NCBI GenBank assembly: GCA_040776945.1
Contig: JAXGZN010000002.1
Location: 704,001 to 768,000 of the forward strand
Direction of reading: 5' to 3'
Source of the DNA: Methanomassiliicoccaceae archaeon
Lineage (GTDB): Archaea; Thermoplasmatota; Thermoplasmata; Methanomassiliicoccales; Methanomassiliicoccaceae
Length of the DNA: 64,000 bases
A program made the translations under genes and the position numbers. The notes beneath the pieces were generated by a model. The model did not search any database and was not told the origin of the DNA. It saw only the letters and a program-made list of their open reading frames with translations. Positions 20,754 through 30,864 of this stretch are shown in pieces (position 1 is the first letter of the stretch; each line of letters begins with the position of its first letter).

Positions 20754-21756
20754 GATTTCATCCTCCTAGTATCCTGTGTTTTTATCCCCCATTGTTCTGA
20801 TGGCGGAGCACCGCGATGCCATGGTTGGTGCTCCAGGCACCTGGACGCTCCACGGCCTTGAGCTGGAACGGTAACTCGGCCAGGGACGCTGCTGGAACAT
20901 GTGATCATCTCTCAGCCTCGCAGCGTTCTTAGCGCGAGAACTGCCTCGTGTTCGGATCGGTTCGTAGCGAGCGGAAGGTCCTACGCCCTCCGCTGAGCCG
21001 ATCCACTTAAAACGATCGCTCCTCATCAGCGCATCAGCTCGCAGATCATCGCGGTGTAGGCGGAGCACGTCCCGCCGATGTGGTAGGTCCGATGGGGCGC
21101 GGTGCCGGCAGCCTCCCTCTCACAGTAGAGAAGCGCTTCCATTTCTCTAGGGGAGATGGATTGGCCTTTTCTCCTGTGGACCATCTCGATGAGAGAGATG
21201 TTGTTCCCTGCAGGCACCCTCCTCGGCGTTGCCTCATTGGCGAACTTCCGATCGTCGCGTTCCGAGCGGAAAAGGACGCCCATGCCCCTGGATATTTGAA
21301 TGGATATTAATATGCTAACTTTAAAATTCATAAGATGAAAAAACTTTCGTGATGAACCAGGCCTTCCTGACGCCTGTTCGAGAACGGCAGCGGGGGGGTG
21401 AGAGATGTTCCATGGTCATCCGTGGATAGGCGTCCTGACGTTCAGCATCTGATCATGTCGTGCGGCGACCTCGGCCCATCGGTCGAGATCGACCAACATG
21501 TCCCGGGCTGGCATATCTCGAAAGATCTTATCGAAGAGACGTGTGATATAAGAAGCTCAACTCGCACCCGGCCCTCGCTCGGTCAGGACCCGCCGACAAA
21601 GGTTACCGTCCTTGCCGGCCGATGTTCTGCTCTCGTCCTAGACCAGCGCGGATAGGATGTTGGGCCATGTTCGACCTGGCAGGCGTCTTGCGGAAACCGG
21701 TGCCGTTCGTCGGCACGATCCTCCTGTTTGCCCCATGTTAAAGAGAAGGCCAGGAG

Positions 21757-21843
21757 CGCCGAGGGGGAGATTCGAACTCCCGAAGTGCGAAGCACCACCA
21801 GCTCTCAAGGCTGGCGCCGTGATCCGGGCTTGGCTACCTCGGC
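21757..21843 (-). tRNA. tRNA-Ser(TGA)
   Basis: GCCGAGG/CCTCGGC acceptor, CCAGC-CTTGAGA-GCTGG anticodon arm, long variable arm, GTTCGAATC. Confidence 0.95.
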
Positions 21844-21883
21844 CCGGAGCGGCCAGGTCCGTTGGCTCACTTATTCTTTTCGG

Positions 21884-23539
21884 TCAGGCGACCTTCTCCA
21901 GCTTGCCCGCGGTCACCGCCTCGAGGTCTAGCTCGAAGGCCGCGATGGGGTACCCCAGCTCGAAGCCGGTGATCACCTGGGGATGCATCTCGCCGAAGGT
22001 GCCGATGACCTTATCGCCGACCACGACCTCGGCGCCGCGCCCCTCGATGTAGGTTCCGGCGGAGGACGCCCGTATCGCGTGCTTCACCGACAGGTCGCGC
22101 ATGACGCTCTCCACCAGGGACTTGACCTCGGTGAACGATGCCCGCGCCGATATGCTCACACCGGCCAGGTGCTTCCTACGCCTGGTATCGAGCAGTACGT
22201 CCCCGACCTCGAACAGCCGCTGCGGGAGGTCGCGGTGCTTGTTCCTCCGGAGCACCGCCATCAGGCTGGGGAGGAGGGAAACGCGAAGGCAGGTGTGGTC
22301 CTCGCTTATGGGGTTCAGCACCTCCACCACCTCCCCGCGCGGGAGGCGCATGCGGTCGAACTGGTCCTCCTCCGAGCTGAGGGTGAGGGTGGTCGCCTCC
22401 AGGTAGCCGTATCCGACCATGAGCTGGCGGGCGACGTCCGAGGCCTTGGTGGACAGCAGCTCCGATCCGAAGGTCTGCTGGCTTGGCAGCTCCCGCCCGA
22501 ACATCTCGTAGCCGTACCCCTTGGCCACGTCCTCGATGATGTCCACCGGGTGGATGAGGTCGAGCCTCCACGCCGGGGCCAGCACCTCGAGCTCGCTGCC
22601 TTTCGCCGCTGCGTCGAAGCCCATCTTCCCCAGGGCGGCGGCCATGCCTGCGCCGTCCAGTTTCGTCCCCAGCAGGGAGTTGGCCTCCGCGGCGCTCACG
22701 GTCCACTTCCTGGGAGCAAGGTTCGGGGTAACCATATCTTGGGTCCCCTTCACCGTGACCGTCCTGATCTTGCCGCCCCTCTCGGCCATGGCCGTGGCCA
22801 CGATGTTCAAGGCTCCGCTGATGGCGTTGAGGTCCGTCCCGGTGACGTCCAGGAACACGTTCCTGGTCTCGGTGGTGACGGTCGTGAGCACGCCGTTGAT
22901 GATGGGCGGGAAGGACAGCACCTCGCCGTTGCTGTCAACGAGGAGCGGATAGAGGTCCTTGCCTTCCAGTATGAACGCGTAGTCCACGCCCTTCTCGTGA
23001 CGCTCCAGGATCTCCCTCAAGCTCATGCTCTCTGTCTTCGCCAGCGGAACGAAGGATACCGAGTCCGGGTCCACCGCCTTGTAAGTGAACGGCGGGGTGA
23101 CCTTGTCCAGATCATGTATGCCGATGGAGACCTTCGATCGCTTCCGGCCCATGGTGAGGTGCAGCTTCTCCTGCAGCTCCATCAGGGAGCGGATGAGCTC
23201 GTCCGTGATCGTTATGTCCTCGATGACGCCGGCGACCATGTAAGGGCGAACCGCCTTGATGCTTTCCTCCAGCGTGAGGACGATGTCCGATCTCCCGACC
23301 TCGTAGACGGTAAGCCCGCTCTGGAGGCCGAGAAAGGTCCGCAGCGCCCTGGCCGCTCCTTCCACGCTGTAAAGGTCCGGCCGGTCGGGGAAGAACTCGA
23401 TGGAGAGCTCCCCGGTCCCCTCGTCGTACGAGTGAACGTCCGCGCCGAGCTGGGGCACCCGGTCCATGAGGGCGTCCACGCTCACCTCCCGTCCGAGCAG
23501 GGATATGAGGTCATCATAGGCGAAGGTAACTACTGGCAT
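21884..23539 (-). CDS. pheT: Phenylalanyl-tRNA synthetase beta subunit (archaeal type)
   Basis: PDRPDLYSVEG, QEKLH, SFPPIIN and DIIEDVAKGYGY. Confidence 0.96.
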   Translation of the reverse strand: MPVVTFAYDDLISLLGREVSVDALMDRVPQLGADVHSYDEGTGELSIEFFPDRPDLYSVEGAARALRTFLGLQSGLTVYEVGRSDIVLTLEESIKAVRPYMVAGVIEDITITDELIRSLMELQEKLHLTMGRKRSKVSIGIHDLDKVTPPFTYKAVDPDSVSFVPLAKTESMSLREILERHEKGVDYAFILEGKDLYPLLVDSNGEVLSFPPIINGVLTTVTTETRNVFLDVTGTDLNAISGALNIVATAMAERGGKIRTVTVKGTQDMVTPNLAPRKWTVSAAEANSLLGTKLDGAGMAAALGKMGFDAAAKGSELEVLAPAWRLDLIHPVDIIEDVAKGYGYEMFGRELPSQQTFGSELLSTKASDVARQLMVGYGYLEATTLTLSSEEDQFDRMRLPRGEVVEVLNPISEDHTCLRVSLLPSLMAVLRRNKHRDLPQRLFEVGDVLLDTRRRKHLAGVSISARASFTEVKSLVESVMRDLSVKHAIRASSAGTYIEGRGAEVVVGDKVIGTFGEMHPQVITGFELGYPIAAFELDLEAVTAGKLEKVA

Positions 23540-23564
23540 CGCCGAGCGATGGGGGAGTGACTAA

Positions 23565-24647
23565 TTATAATTTTTCGGGCGCCCCGCCGAGCACCAGGGG
23601 AACGCGAGCCCCGCAGCGGGGGCACTGCGTAGAGGTCGCGATGACAGTAACCTCGTAGGAGGGGCAGAACCTGCTCACCTCGCTGCCCTTTAGGCACACC
23701 TTCTGCGGGGGCCGCACGCTCCTCCGCTTCACCAACACCTCGCCGCAGGACGGGCACCTGGTGTCAAGCTCCACGCCGGCGACGCCCCCAAGGTACACGA
23801 AGCGCAGGCCCGCCTCGCGGGCGATCCGCGCCGAACGCTCCATGACCTCCATGCTCTGCTCTGGAAGGTCCGCTAACCGGTGGGAAGGCTGGAACCGGAA
23901 GAAGAACACCGGAGTGTCCGGTCCCATCTCCTCCGCCGCCCACTTGGAGAAACGTCGGACCTCGGCCTCGCTGTCGTTGAGGCCGGGGACCAGGAGATAG
24001 GTCAGTTCGACGTGCTTTCCCTCCCGCCGCGCCAGAAGGCAGGTGTCCAGCACCTCGCGCAGGCTCCCGCCGCAGACCTTCTCGTAGAACTGCTCGGAGA
24101 AGCCCTTCACGTCGATGTTGAGCGCGTCCACGCTCCGGACGATGTCCTTGGCCGCCTCCGGGAGCATGTACCCGTTGGTGTTGATCATGGTGTAAAGCCC
24201 GTTCTCCCGGGCCAGGGCCGCGGTGTCCATGATGAGCTCGGCCCACACCGTCGGCTCGTTGAAGGTCCAAGCGATCCCTTGCACGCCTTCCTTCAATGCC
24301 AAGTCCACGATCTCCCGAGGCTCCATCCTCCGGGGCTCGAGGCCCTCTCCCGAGGACGTGGCCAGGGGGGCGTTCTGGCAGTAGGCGCAGGAAAGGTTGC
24401 AGCCGAAGGTTCCGAGGGACAGCAGCTTCGTCCCCGGCCGGTAATGGAACATCGGCTTCTTCTCGATCTGGTCCACCGCTCGAACGCAAACTTGACCGTA
24501 GGTTCGGGATATCAGGGTGCCTTTCACGTTCTGCCTGGCTCCGCAGCGGCCTATGCCGCCGTCCGGGAGGATGCATCGGTGGGGACACAGGTCGCACCTG
24601 AGCCTCCCTCCCTCTTCATGCCACCATCTGGCCTTCGCTCCGGACAT
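23565..24647 (-). CDS. AmmeMemoRadiSam-type radical SAM enzyme
   Basis: CDLCPHRC, DQIEKKP and GCNLSCAYCQN (CxxxCxxC). Confidence 0.9.
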   Translation of the reverse strand: MSGAKARWWHEEGGRLRCDLCPHRCILPDGGIGRCGARQNVKGTLISRTYGQVCVRAVDQIEKKPMFHYRPGTKLLSLGTFGCNLSCAYCQNAPLATSSGEGLEPRRMEPREIVDLALKEGVQGIAWTFNEPTVWAELIMDTAALARENGLYTMINTNGYMLPEAAKDIVRSVDALNIDVKGFSEQFYEKVCGGSLREVLDTCLLARREGKHVELTYLLVPGLNDSEAEVRRFSKWAAEEMGPDTPVFFFRFQPSHRLADLPEQSMEVMERSARIAREAGLRFVYLGGVAGVELDTRCPSCGEVLVKRRSVRPPQKVCLKGSEVSRFCPSYEVTVIATSTQCPRCGARVPLVLGGAPEKL

Positions 24648-24715
24648 GACACCGAGGATGGTTGGCAAGAGGATAAACCTGCCGGGCGGAACGATGCGTT
24701 ACCGCGAAGCGCCCC

Positions 24716-25867
24716 TCAACGGCCCAGCTTGCTGTGGGCGCTCCCGAGATGGCCTGTGGACTGAGCGCATAGGGTGGACAGCTCGCCGGCGAGCACGACC
24801 GCTCCGACTATCTCAGCGAGCTTGAGCGCCTTGCCCTCGCCGACGCAGCCGATCATGCTGAGCGCCTCCGACTGGCAGGGCAGTCTCGTCCCTCCTCCGA
24901 CGGTGCCCACCTCCACGCAGGGCAGGCGCGCCGAGATGTACAGGTCCCCGTCGACAACCTCGCAGGTGGTGGTGACCATGGAACCCTCGGCCACCTGGGC
25001 GGGGTCCTGCCCGGTGGCTATGTACAGCGCCGCGAGCATGTTCGCCGCGTGGGCGTTGGACCCGAGCGATGCGGCCAGCGAGGAGCCGATGGCGCACTTG
25101 CGGAAGCAGGTCTCGGCCACCGCCTCGGGGACGGCGTGCATCCTGTCCTCGAGCACCTGTCTTGGTATGGTGACGTCCGCGAGGACGATCTTCCCTCTTC
25201 CAAGCACCGCGTTGACGGCCGCCGGCTTCTTGTCCACGCACAGGTTGCCGGAAACGGATATCAGGACCGCGCCGGTCTCCCTCTCCACGAGCCTTGCCGC
25301 CGCCTCCGAGGCGATGGTGGCCATGTTCATGCCCATGGCGTCCCCGGTGCTGTACGACAGGCGAAGATAGAACGAGCGGCCGGCGGAGAACGGCTGCGCG
25401 CTGAGCAGGCGGCCGTGGGATGTGGTCGCTTCCGCGGCCTGCCGTAATCGGTCGAAGTTGCTCTCGACCCAGGCAGCGGCCTCCACCGCATGCCTGGTGT
25501 CCCTGACCCTGAACACCGGGGCCCGGGTCATGGCGTCGCTCACCACCACGGCCGCCGCGCCTCCGGCGGCGGTTATCGCTGAGCAGCCCCGGTTCACCGA
25601 AGCGACCAGCGCCCCTTCTGTGGTGGCCATCGGCACCAGGAACTCGCCCGATGCGTGGTCCCCGTTGATCCTCAGCGGACCGACGAACCCGAGGGGCACC
25701 TGCACGGCCCCGATCATGTTCTCGATGTTCTTGGACGCGGCCAAGGGATCGAAGGAGAGGAAGCCGATGTTCGTCAGCCCCGTTCCCGTCCGCTCCTCCA
25801 CCGCTTTTCGTCGTTCGTCGACATCCGCACGGGTCCTTCCACGGTTCTTCAGTCCCTCTCCGGTCAT
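24716..25867 (-). CDS. hmgA: HMG-CoA reductase (NADPH, class I)
   Basis: ENMIG, ATTEGAL, DAMGMNM, GTVGGGT and GELS. Confidence 0.96.
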   Translation of the reverse strand: MTGEGLKNRGRTRADVDERRKAVEERTGTGLTNIGFLSFDPLAASKNIENMIGAVQVPLGFVGPLRINGDHASGEFLVPMATTEGALVASVNRGCSAITAAGGAAAVVVSDAMTRAPVFRVRDTRHAVEAAAWVESNFDRLRQAAEATTSHGRLLSAQPFSAGRSFYLRLSYSTGDAMGMNMATIASEAAARLVERETGAVLISVSGNLCVDKKPAAVNAVLGRGKIVLADVTIPRQVLEDRMHAVPEAVAETCFRKCAIGSSLAASLGSNAHAANMLAALYIATGQDPAQVAEGSMVTTTCEVVDGDLYISARLPCVEVGTVGGGTRLPCQSEALSMIGCVGEGKALKLAEIVGAVVLAGELSTLCAQSTGHLGSAHSKLGR

Positions 25868-26088
25868 ATCGCCCCAAGGTATGGGCTTGTCATCTTAAGG
25901 ATTCTGACGCCGGAATGGACTCCTCGAGGGGGGTCCCTGCCGGGTTAGGGCGCTGCGGAACGACGCCCCATATATCGCAGGGCGACATTTGACGGCGTTT
26001 GGCGGAAATACGGAATCAGTTTCAAATATCAGTATTGTTTCACTTTACCCCAATCCCAAGAAGGATTCTCGGTAAGGTGATAACTGGA

Positions 26089-26511
26089 ATGTACAGCATG
26101 AGCCCGCGGACAGGAAAGTACTTGAGCGACGAGGAATGCGTTCAGAGGTTCAAGGCCGGCAACGAGTGGGGACTATTGACCTCCATCGACCTCCATGATT
26201 GCGATCCGAAGAAGATCGCCAGCAAGGAAGTGATCACGCAGTTCTCCATCGATCTGTGCGACTATATAGACATGAAGAGGTTCGGCGAGCCGATAGTGGT
26301 CAGGTTCGGTGCCGACCCCAGGGTGCAGGGCTACTCCCTGGCGCAGCTGATCGAGACCTCGCTGATCTCCGGCCACTTTGCCGAGGATACCGACCGGGCG
26401 TTCATCGATGTCTTCTCCTGCAAGGAGTATCCACCCAAACAGACCGCGGAGTTCTGCAAGAAGTACTTCGGGGCCAAGTCCATGGAGTATTCCGTGGCCT
26501 TCAGGTCCTGA
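26089..26511 (+). CDS. S-adenosylmethionine decarboxylase-like pyruvoyl proenzyme
   Basis: IDLHDCD, GYSLAQLIETSLISGH and DVFSCK; RBS AGGTGA. Confidence 0.8.
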   Translation: MYSMSPRTGKYLSDEECVQRFKAGNEWGLLTSIDLHDCDPKKIASKEVITQFSIDLCDYIDMKRFGEPIVVRFGADPRVQGYSLAQLIETSLISGHFAEDTDRAFIDVFSCKEYPPKQTAEFCKKYFGAKSMEYSVAFRS

Positions 26512-26588
26512 ACGGAAAAACCCCTTGGCCCCTTTGCAAAGGGCAGGCAAATCCTTTCCGTTATTCTTCAACGCGCGGCGGCGAGGAC

Positions 26589-27002
26589 CTAGTAGACGGC
26601 CCGGCTGCGCAGATGCTCGAACATCGGGTCCCAGTACATCTCGTACCACATCTGCTCGATCGTTTCGAGAAGCTCGGACGGCACGCCGCTCTGCTCTAGC
26701 TTGAGATGCGTGCCCTTCCCGAACCGCTTTAAGACCATCTCCACCCTGGACGGGGGCAGGTCGGACGGCCACTCCGCCAACCTCCAGTCCATTACGATGC
26801 GCTGCCCGCGCTCCAGCTCGATGTAGCGGGCGGAGATCAGGCCGCCGCGGCAGATGATGGCTCCTCCCGGCGCGGCCGTCCCCTCGGAGGGAACGCCGGC
26901 CCACGCCGAGTGCAGGACCGGATCGACAAGGCGATCGAACACCTCTTCCGGCGGTCCGGGCACCATCGTGCTCATGCTCATCGTTCCTGTCCTCTCGGCC
27001 AT
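26589..27002 (-). CDS. SRPBCC/AHSA1-like protein
   Basis: PPEEVFDRL, RIVMDWR, LEQSGVP and W...YW pattern. Confidence 0.85.
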   Translation of the reverse strand: MAERTGTMSMSTMVPGPPEEVFDRLVDPVLHSAWAGVPSEGTAAPGGAIICRGGLISARYIELERGQRIVMDWRLAEWPSDLPPSRVEMVLKRFGKGTHLKLEQSGVPSELLETIEQMWYEMYWDPMFEHLRSRAVY

Positions 27003-27236
27003 GCTCCCGGCAAAGGCATCGTTGATTTAAGATTGTTCATCGACCCCAGCCGCCGCTCCCGGACACGGCCGTTCGGGACGGAGCCCGCATTGTCAGAGAT
27101 CACATACCGATAGGGGGCGAGGGTCGGAGGCCATAAGGCGCTGTTCCGGCGCATCCGGGGCCGTCCCCGGGCGACGTGCCCTCCGCCCCTTGTGGCCTCC
27201 CCCGGCCGAGCTGGACGGGACGCGGGGCGTCAGCGG

Positions 27237-28523
27237 CTACCGGACCCGGCCGCCGGGCCTCTGGCGGTAGACGAGGTGCTCCATGATCAGGACCGCCACG
27301 ATGCCCACCACGAAGCCGTTGGTGATCAGGGGGCGGACGGTGGCCGGGAACTCCGCGGCGACCGATGAGGGGAGGAAGGACACGATCGTCCCCAGGAGCA
27401 GCGGGACGCCCATTATCAGTCCGTCCTCGAACGTCCTCACCGCGGAATTCTCTTGCCCCAGCATGAGCCCTGCCGATATCTGTGACACCATGACGAAGGC
27501 GAGGACGACGCCAATGACCGGCCCGGGTATGCTGCTCAGGTAGCCGATGGAGAGCGGTGACGCGGCCATGAGCGCGAGGATCACGGCCGCGGGCACCAGG
27601 GCGAACCGGGACGCGCACCTGGTGGCGGCTATGATGCCCGGGCTCAGTGAGAAGTTGACCGGGCCGATCACCCCGGCAAGACCGGAAAGGGCGTTGCCCA
27701 GGCCGGTAACGGCCACCCCGCGGTCCACCCGCCCGCTCATATTGTCCGCCGATAGGAGGCCGCCGACCGACCGGATGGACCCCAGGTCATTGATGGCGAG
27801 AGCGAGGAAGCATATCAGGAACGCTGCGAGGACCCCCGCGTCGGGAACGGCGAGCGGGGCGAGGACATCCGCGGGGAGCGCGAGCGGCGCCGTGCCCTCC
27901 GGCGGCAGGGGGACCGCGCCGAAGACCGATACGTAGGCCAGGCTGCCGATGATGATCGCCCAAAGGGCCAGGGTCGATCTCCATATCCCCTTCAGGTATC
28001 CGTTCAGGATGAACAATATCATGGTGAAGGCCAGAGCGAACAGGAAGGCATGCGACGGCGGGGCCGTCCCTCCACCGTCGATGATGAGGCCGAGGATCAC
28101 CGGGGCCAGGGTGAACGCGATCAGCATCAGGACGACGGCGATCACCCGGGGAGTGAAGAGGCGCTCGAGGTGCTTGAAGAGCCCTGCCGCCGCGACCCCC
28201 GCCAGGATGAGGCCGCCGATAAGCAATGACGAGTTTATCGCGCCGAACCCCGCGTCAAGGCTGGCCAGAATGCCGATGAGCAGTACCGTTGACGGGCCGA
28301 CCACCAGGGGCAGCCGATGGCCCAGGTACAATTGGACGAGGAGGACCAGGGCGGTGATGAGGAACAGCTTTTGAAGATAGGGGATGGCCGGCCCTCCGTA
28401 GAGGTCGGCGACCACCTTGCCGATTATCAGGATGGCAGGCACGCTGACCGCCAGCCATTGCAGGCCGAAGATGAGCTGGGCCGTTGGCTTCGGTCGGTCA
28501 TCTATGCCGTAATTGAGATTCAT
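27237..28523 (-). CDS. NCS2 xanthine/uracil permease
   Basis: FGLQW, GHRLP and NFSLSPGIIAAT; many TM helices. Confidence 0.9.
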   Translation of the reverse strand: MNLNYGIDDRPKPTAQLIFGLQWLAVSVPAILIIGKVVADLYGGPAIPYLQKLFLITALVLLVQLYLGHRLPLVVGPSTVLLIGILASLDAGFGAINSSLLIGGLILAGVAAAGLFKHLERLFTPRVIAVVLMLIAFTLAPVILGLIIDGGGTAPPSHAFLFALAFTMILFILNGYLKGIWRSTLALWAIIIGSLAYVSVFGAVPLPPEGTAPLALPADVLAPLAVPDAGVLAAFLICFLALAINDLGSIRSVGGLLSADNMSGRVDRGVAVTGLGNALSGLAGVIGPVNFSLSPGIIAATRCASRFALVPAAVILALMAASPLSIGYLSSIPGPVIGVVLAFVMVSQISAGLMLGQENSAVRTFEDGLIMGVPLLLGTIVSFLPSSVAAEFPATVRPLITNGFVVGIVAVLIMEHLVYRQRPGGRVR

Positions 28524-28804
28524 CGGGACCGTTCCTGACCATATGATCGGTCAGAGCGCATGCCTGGGAAAAGAGCTCTGGATTATAAAGCGGTTCCATT
28601 CTCCTTGACCGATGATCGTCCCGTTCGAGGGATAGGGTCCTCGTGGGGGTTGAGGTGGAGCGAGGTTGCCCTTTCGTCGCTGGCCGACCTGCCATGGTCC
28701 GGCGATAATGGCGAGGAGGTGAACGCCCGTCGGGGTGGACCAGAAGCTCCACTGAACCCCAAATTATTATTCGGTCCAAAGATGGATATTTCCAGTGGAG
28801 CAGG

Positions 28805-28817
28805 GAAACCTTTAAAA
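28805..28817 (+). promoter_or_regulatory. BRE/TATA promoter of tRNA-Ile
   Basis: GAAACC-TTTAAAA about 30 nt upstream of the tRNA. Confidence 0.6.
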
Positions 28818-28844
28818 TGGTAAGCGATATTCGGTGGACTACAA

Positions 28845-28922
28845 GGGCCCGTAGCTTAGCCTGGCTGGAGCGCCCGGCTGATAACCGGGAGGTCAAGAGT
28901 CCAAATCTCTTCGGGCCCACCA
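28845..28922 (+). tRNA. tRNA-Ile(GAT), CCA encoded; integration target
   Basis: GGGCCCG/CGGGCCC acceptor, CCCGG-CTGATAA-CCGGG anticodon arm, ends ACCA. Confidence 0.96.
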
Positions 28923-28928
28923 CTTTCA
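28904..28928 (+). repeat. attL core AATCTCTTCGGGCCCACCACTTTCA
   Basis: Identical to 48408-48432; overlaps the tRNA 3' end. Confidence 0.92.
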
Positions 28929-29039
28929 CTGGCTCATGCCGTTTGTGACACGGGTTTTTGTCACGCCCTTCCCCGAGCGGGGAAGGTCCTTCCTTTGTCG
29001 GAGAGGGGGTTTTCAGCTTGCTCGGCAGCGGTTTGTAGC

Positions 29040-30041
29040 TCACCGAACTATAAGCTGCGGGCGATACCGGGGCATCGCCCTGTACGGTTCCTGCTCCATT
29101 TTTCTCCTCAGGTCGGTGAGGTAGGTGTCCACCAACCACTGGGCCTTCGCGAGGTCGTCCACCGACAGACCGGCGTACTGTATGGTCTGCTGCGGACTGG
29201 CGTGGCCCATTGCGGCCGATAGGTCCTCTATCTCGACCCCGGCATGTCGGTGTATCCGGCACCCGGTCCGCCGCAGGACGTGGTTGCTCAGGTCCTCCGG
29301 CTTTATCCGGGCGAGGATGCCGACCTCCTTCACCATGGTGTCCACGGCCGTCTCCTGGTACGCTCCCAGCTTCCAGCCGTATTGGGCATAGATCATGATG
29401 TTCTCCGGGATCTTCTGGTCCGGCTTGACCTCCAGCGCGTGAGAGATCAGCACCTCGCGGTAGCGGCTGTACTGCTCGAACACCGCCAGGGTCTCTGGGG
29501 CCCATGCCAGCGTCCGCCACTTCCCGCCGAGCCGTCCCTTGCCCCTCACCTTGAGGATCCCCATCTCCACGTCCTGAATGGTGAGGCGCATGACCTCGAC
29601 CCTTCGGAGCATGAGACGGAGTTCCAGGTGAATGAGCATCTTTTGTAGCGGGGTCTGCGCGGCGTCCATGAGCACCACGCCCTCCTCGTCCGTCAGCCAC
29701 TTGGCGTTCGGGCGAGTGTTCGGAGGCCAGGGGATCATCATTCGCTCCACGACGTTGTTGCCGTGGAACTTGAGATACTGGCCGATGATGCTCACTTGTC
29801 GTCGGTTGACCATCGGGCTCAGGTGGGAGTAGAGCTCGTTTCGGAGCAGGTCTATCTGCTCCTCCCCGACCTTCTTGGGGGTGGCCTCTAGGCCAGCCGC
29901 CCTCCATGCCTGAGTAGCCAATGATACGAGACGCCCGTACTCGTCGGTCGTGCTCTTGGTCACTCCTTTCCTGTTGGTTAAGGCGTTTAGATATGCGTTC
30001 AGTTGGGCATTGAGATACCTGTCCCGTCTGTCGGATGGCAT
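29040..30041 (-). CDS. Tyrosine recombinase/integrase
   Basis: Catalytic R (LRRVE), K (GKG), HVLRR, GH and Y (TIQY). Confidence 0.93.
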   Translation of the reverse strand: MPSDRRDRYLNAQLNAYLNALTNRKGVTKSTTDEYGRLVSLATQAWRAAGLEATPKKVGEEQIDLLRNELYSHLSPMVNRRQVSIIGQYLKFHGNNVVERMMIPWPPNTRPNAKWLTDEEGVVLMDAAQTPLQKMLIHLELRLMLRRVEVMRLTIQDVEMGILKVRGKGRLGGKWRTLAWAPETLAVFEQYSRYREVLISHALEVKPDQKIPENIMIYAQYGWKLGAYQETAVDTMVKEVGILARIKPEDLSNHVLRRTGCRIHRHAGVEIEDLSAAMGHASPQQTIQYAGLSVDDLAKAQWLVDTYLTDLRRKMEQEPYRAMPRYRPQLIVR

Positions 30042-30140
30042 CTCTATTACCCGGATTGTCCTGCTCTACTAAAAGGGGTTCGCTGCATGATGTTGGCTCC
30101 GTTGGCGATGAAAACAGGTTGCGGCCGGGCCTGGACGCTA

Positions 30141-30338
30141 TCACGCCCTGACCCCGGTGTCCTTGTAGATCCTGATCTCCCCCTTCTCGGGGTCGGCCTC
30201 GACGACAATGTGATCGCCCTCGCCGATACGGGCGGTGACCAGGGCTTGTTTTGACAGATAGGTCTTGCCTATGTCTGTGATCGGCTTGTGCAAGTAGAAC
30301 TTCTCACCAGGCTGATTCTCGTCCCGAGTGCATCCCAT
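30141..30338 (-). CDS. AbrB/SpoVT-like small DNA-binding protein
   Basis: GKTYLSKQALVTARIGEGDHIVVEAD..GEIRIYK pattern. Confidence 0.6.
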   Translation of the reverse strand: MGCTRDENQPGEKFYLHKPITDIGKTYLSKQALVTARIGEGDHIVVEADPEKGEIRIYKDTGVRA

Positions 30339-30467
30339 GCGCAGGGATTAATTCTGTTATATTTAATAGTCCAACGGATAGTATTACTAAATAGACTGGT
30401 CTTAAAAATAATACATTTCCACAAATGTAAGGATAAATTTAATGGATAGGAGTACAATAACGCGTGT

Positions 30468-30671
30468 ATGGCGGAGTTCTTAGATACCGCAGCAGTCAAA
30501 GATAACAATCAAATTACGGTGACCACAAAGGTTAGGGGGGTTTTGAAGGTAAAACAGGGGGACCACCTCGCCTTCTTCAAGCTGGACGAGTACCCGGATG
30601 CCGTTCTGGTGAAGAAATTAGAGACGACGATAGAGCCGGTCACAGCTCTATCATCGAAGAAATCTCGTTGA
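30468..30671 (+). CDS. AbrB/MazE/SpoVT family regulator
   Basis: NQITVTTKVRGVLKVKQGDHLAF; RBS AGGAG. Confidence 0.8.
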   Translation: MAEFLDTAAVKDNNQITVTTKVRGVLKVKQGDHLAFFKLDEYPDAVLVKKLETTIEPVTALSSKKSR

Positions 30672-30864
30672 TCAGCTCTTCCCTTTTTTTCCTAAGCAGA
30701 TCCCTCAGCCCGTCCTCGTTGAAGTGGACGTCGCTGGTCCGTCTGATGACGATCTCTACGGTGTAGATGGAGGTGCTCTCGTGGTCGTGAATTGTCTTGT
30801 TGTCGCAGTCAAGAATCCGGAATGAAACATCCGAAACACCCCGGTCATCGCTAGTTGTTACCAT
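30640..30864 (-). CDS. Hypothetical protein
   Basis: 74-aa ORF, plausible composition. Confidence 0.45.
   Translation of the reverse strand: MVTTSDDRGVSDVSFRILDCDNKTIHDHESTSIYTVEIVIRRTSDVHFNEDGLRDLLRKKREELINEISSMIEL

Noticed and set aside
19005-21756. Second island at tRNA-Ser
   Set aside because: Region is gene-poor but has no duplicated tRNA 3' end or integrase
28498-30144. 548-aa minus-strand ORF overlapping the integrase and tRNA
   Set aside because: Alternate-frame, low-complexity translation typical of GC-rich DNA; only the part starting at 29043 is discussed as possibly real
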